This document shows, in pieces, positions 63,991 through 64,000 of a stretch of DNA of 64,000 nt. The notes under the pieces were generated by a model, which saw only the letters and a list, made by a program, of their open reading frames with translations, had not been told where the DNA came from and searched no databases. The first letter of the stretch is position 1. Every line of letters begins with the position of its first letter. Location: IMG/VR virus record IMGVR_UViG_2974702911_000001, positions 12,076 to 76,075 of that record. One strand, written 5' to 3'. Made by a program: the position numbers and the translations under genes. This stretch comes from a virus (Duplodnaviria > Caudoviricetes).

Positions 63991-64000
63991 TCGATCAGCC
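63991..64000 (+). other. Probable 3' cohesive end (TCGATCAGCC)
   Basis: Terminal decamer of the window; matches my recollection of the cluster L overhang. Confidence 0.7.

Larger units (their letters stand above)
1..64000. mobile_element. Temperate siphophage genome (right ~64 kb), resembles cluster L mycobacteriophage
   Basis: Continuous phage gene order (tail, lysis, integrase, repressor, replication, tRNAs); no host genes; ends at a cos-like decamer. Confidence 0.93.

Overview
This window is the right-hand 64 kb of a temperate actinobacterial siphophage genome. It resembles a cluster L mycobacteriophage: it ends in TCGATCAGCC, which I recall as the cluster L 10-nt 3' cos overhang (to be verified). 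No host DNA is visible. From left to right it holds: (1) a 5'-truncated tape measure gene, minor tail genes and a lysis cassette (lysin A, holin, lysin B); (2) a leftward block with a nucleotidyltransferase and Lsr2, then attP, a tyrosine integrase and a repressor/Cro switch with 18-bp operators; (3) a long rightward early region with recombination and replication genes (exonuclease, ERF, DnaB, SSB, RusA), three WhiB-like genes, an NAD-salvage-like pair, Pnkp, an RNA ligase and ClpP; (4) 11 tRNAs, ten of them clustered at 51-54 kb; (5) a modular, repeat-rich leftward right arm driven by a family of near-identical promoters. The most striking feature is a DUF2828/TROVE(Ro60)-like gene followed directly by a terminator-bounded array of three related RNA stem units (GTGGAC..ACAGCAA..GTCCAGT). 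The middle unit is a circularly permuted tRNA mimic of the YrlA type. Other notable signals are a non-canonical CCA-ending tRNA-like element inside a ~420-nt structured RNA region, a NARP1-like anti-defence pair, and about 40 co-oriented GCGCCCAGGAGC repeats. All calls come from reading motifs and base pairing by eye; no database search or folding program was run.
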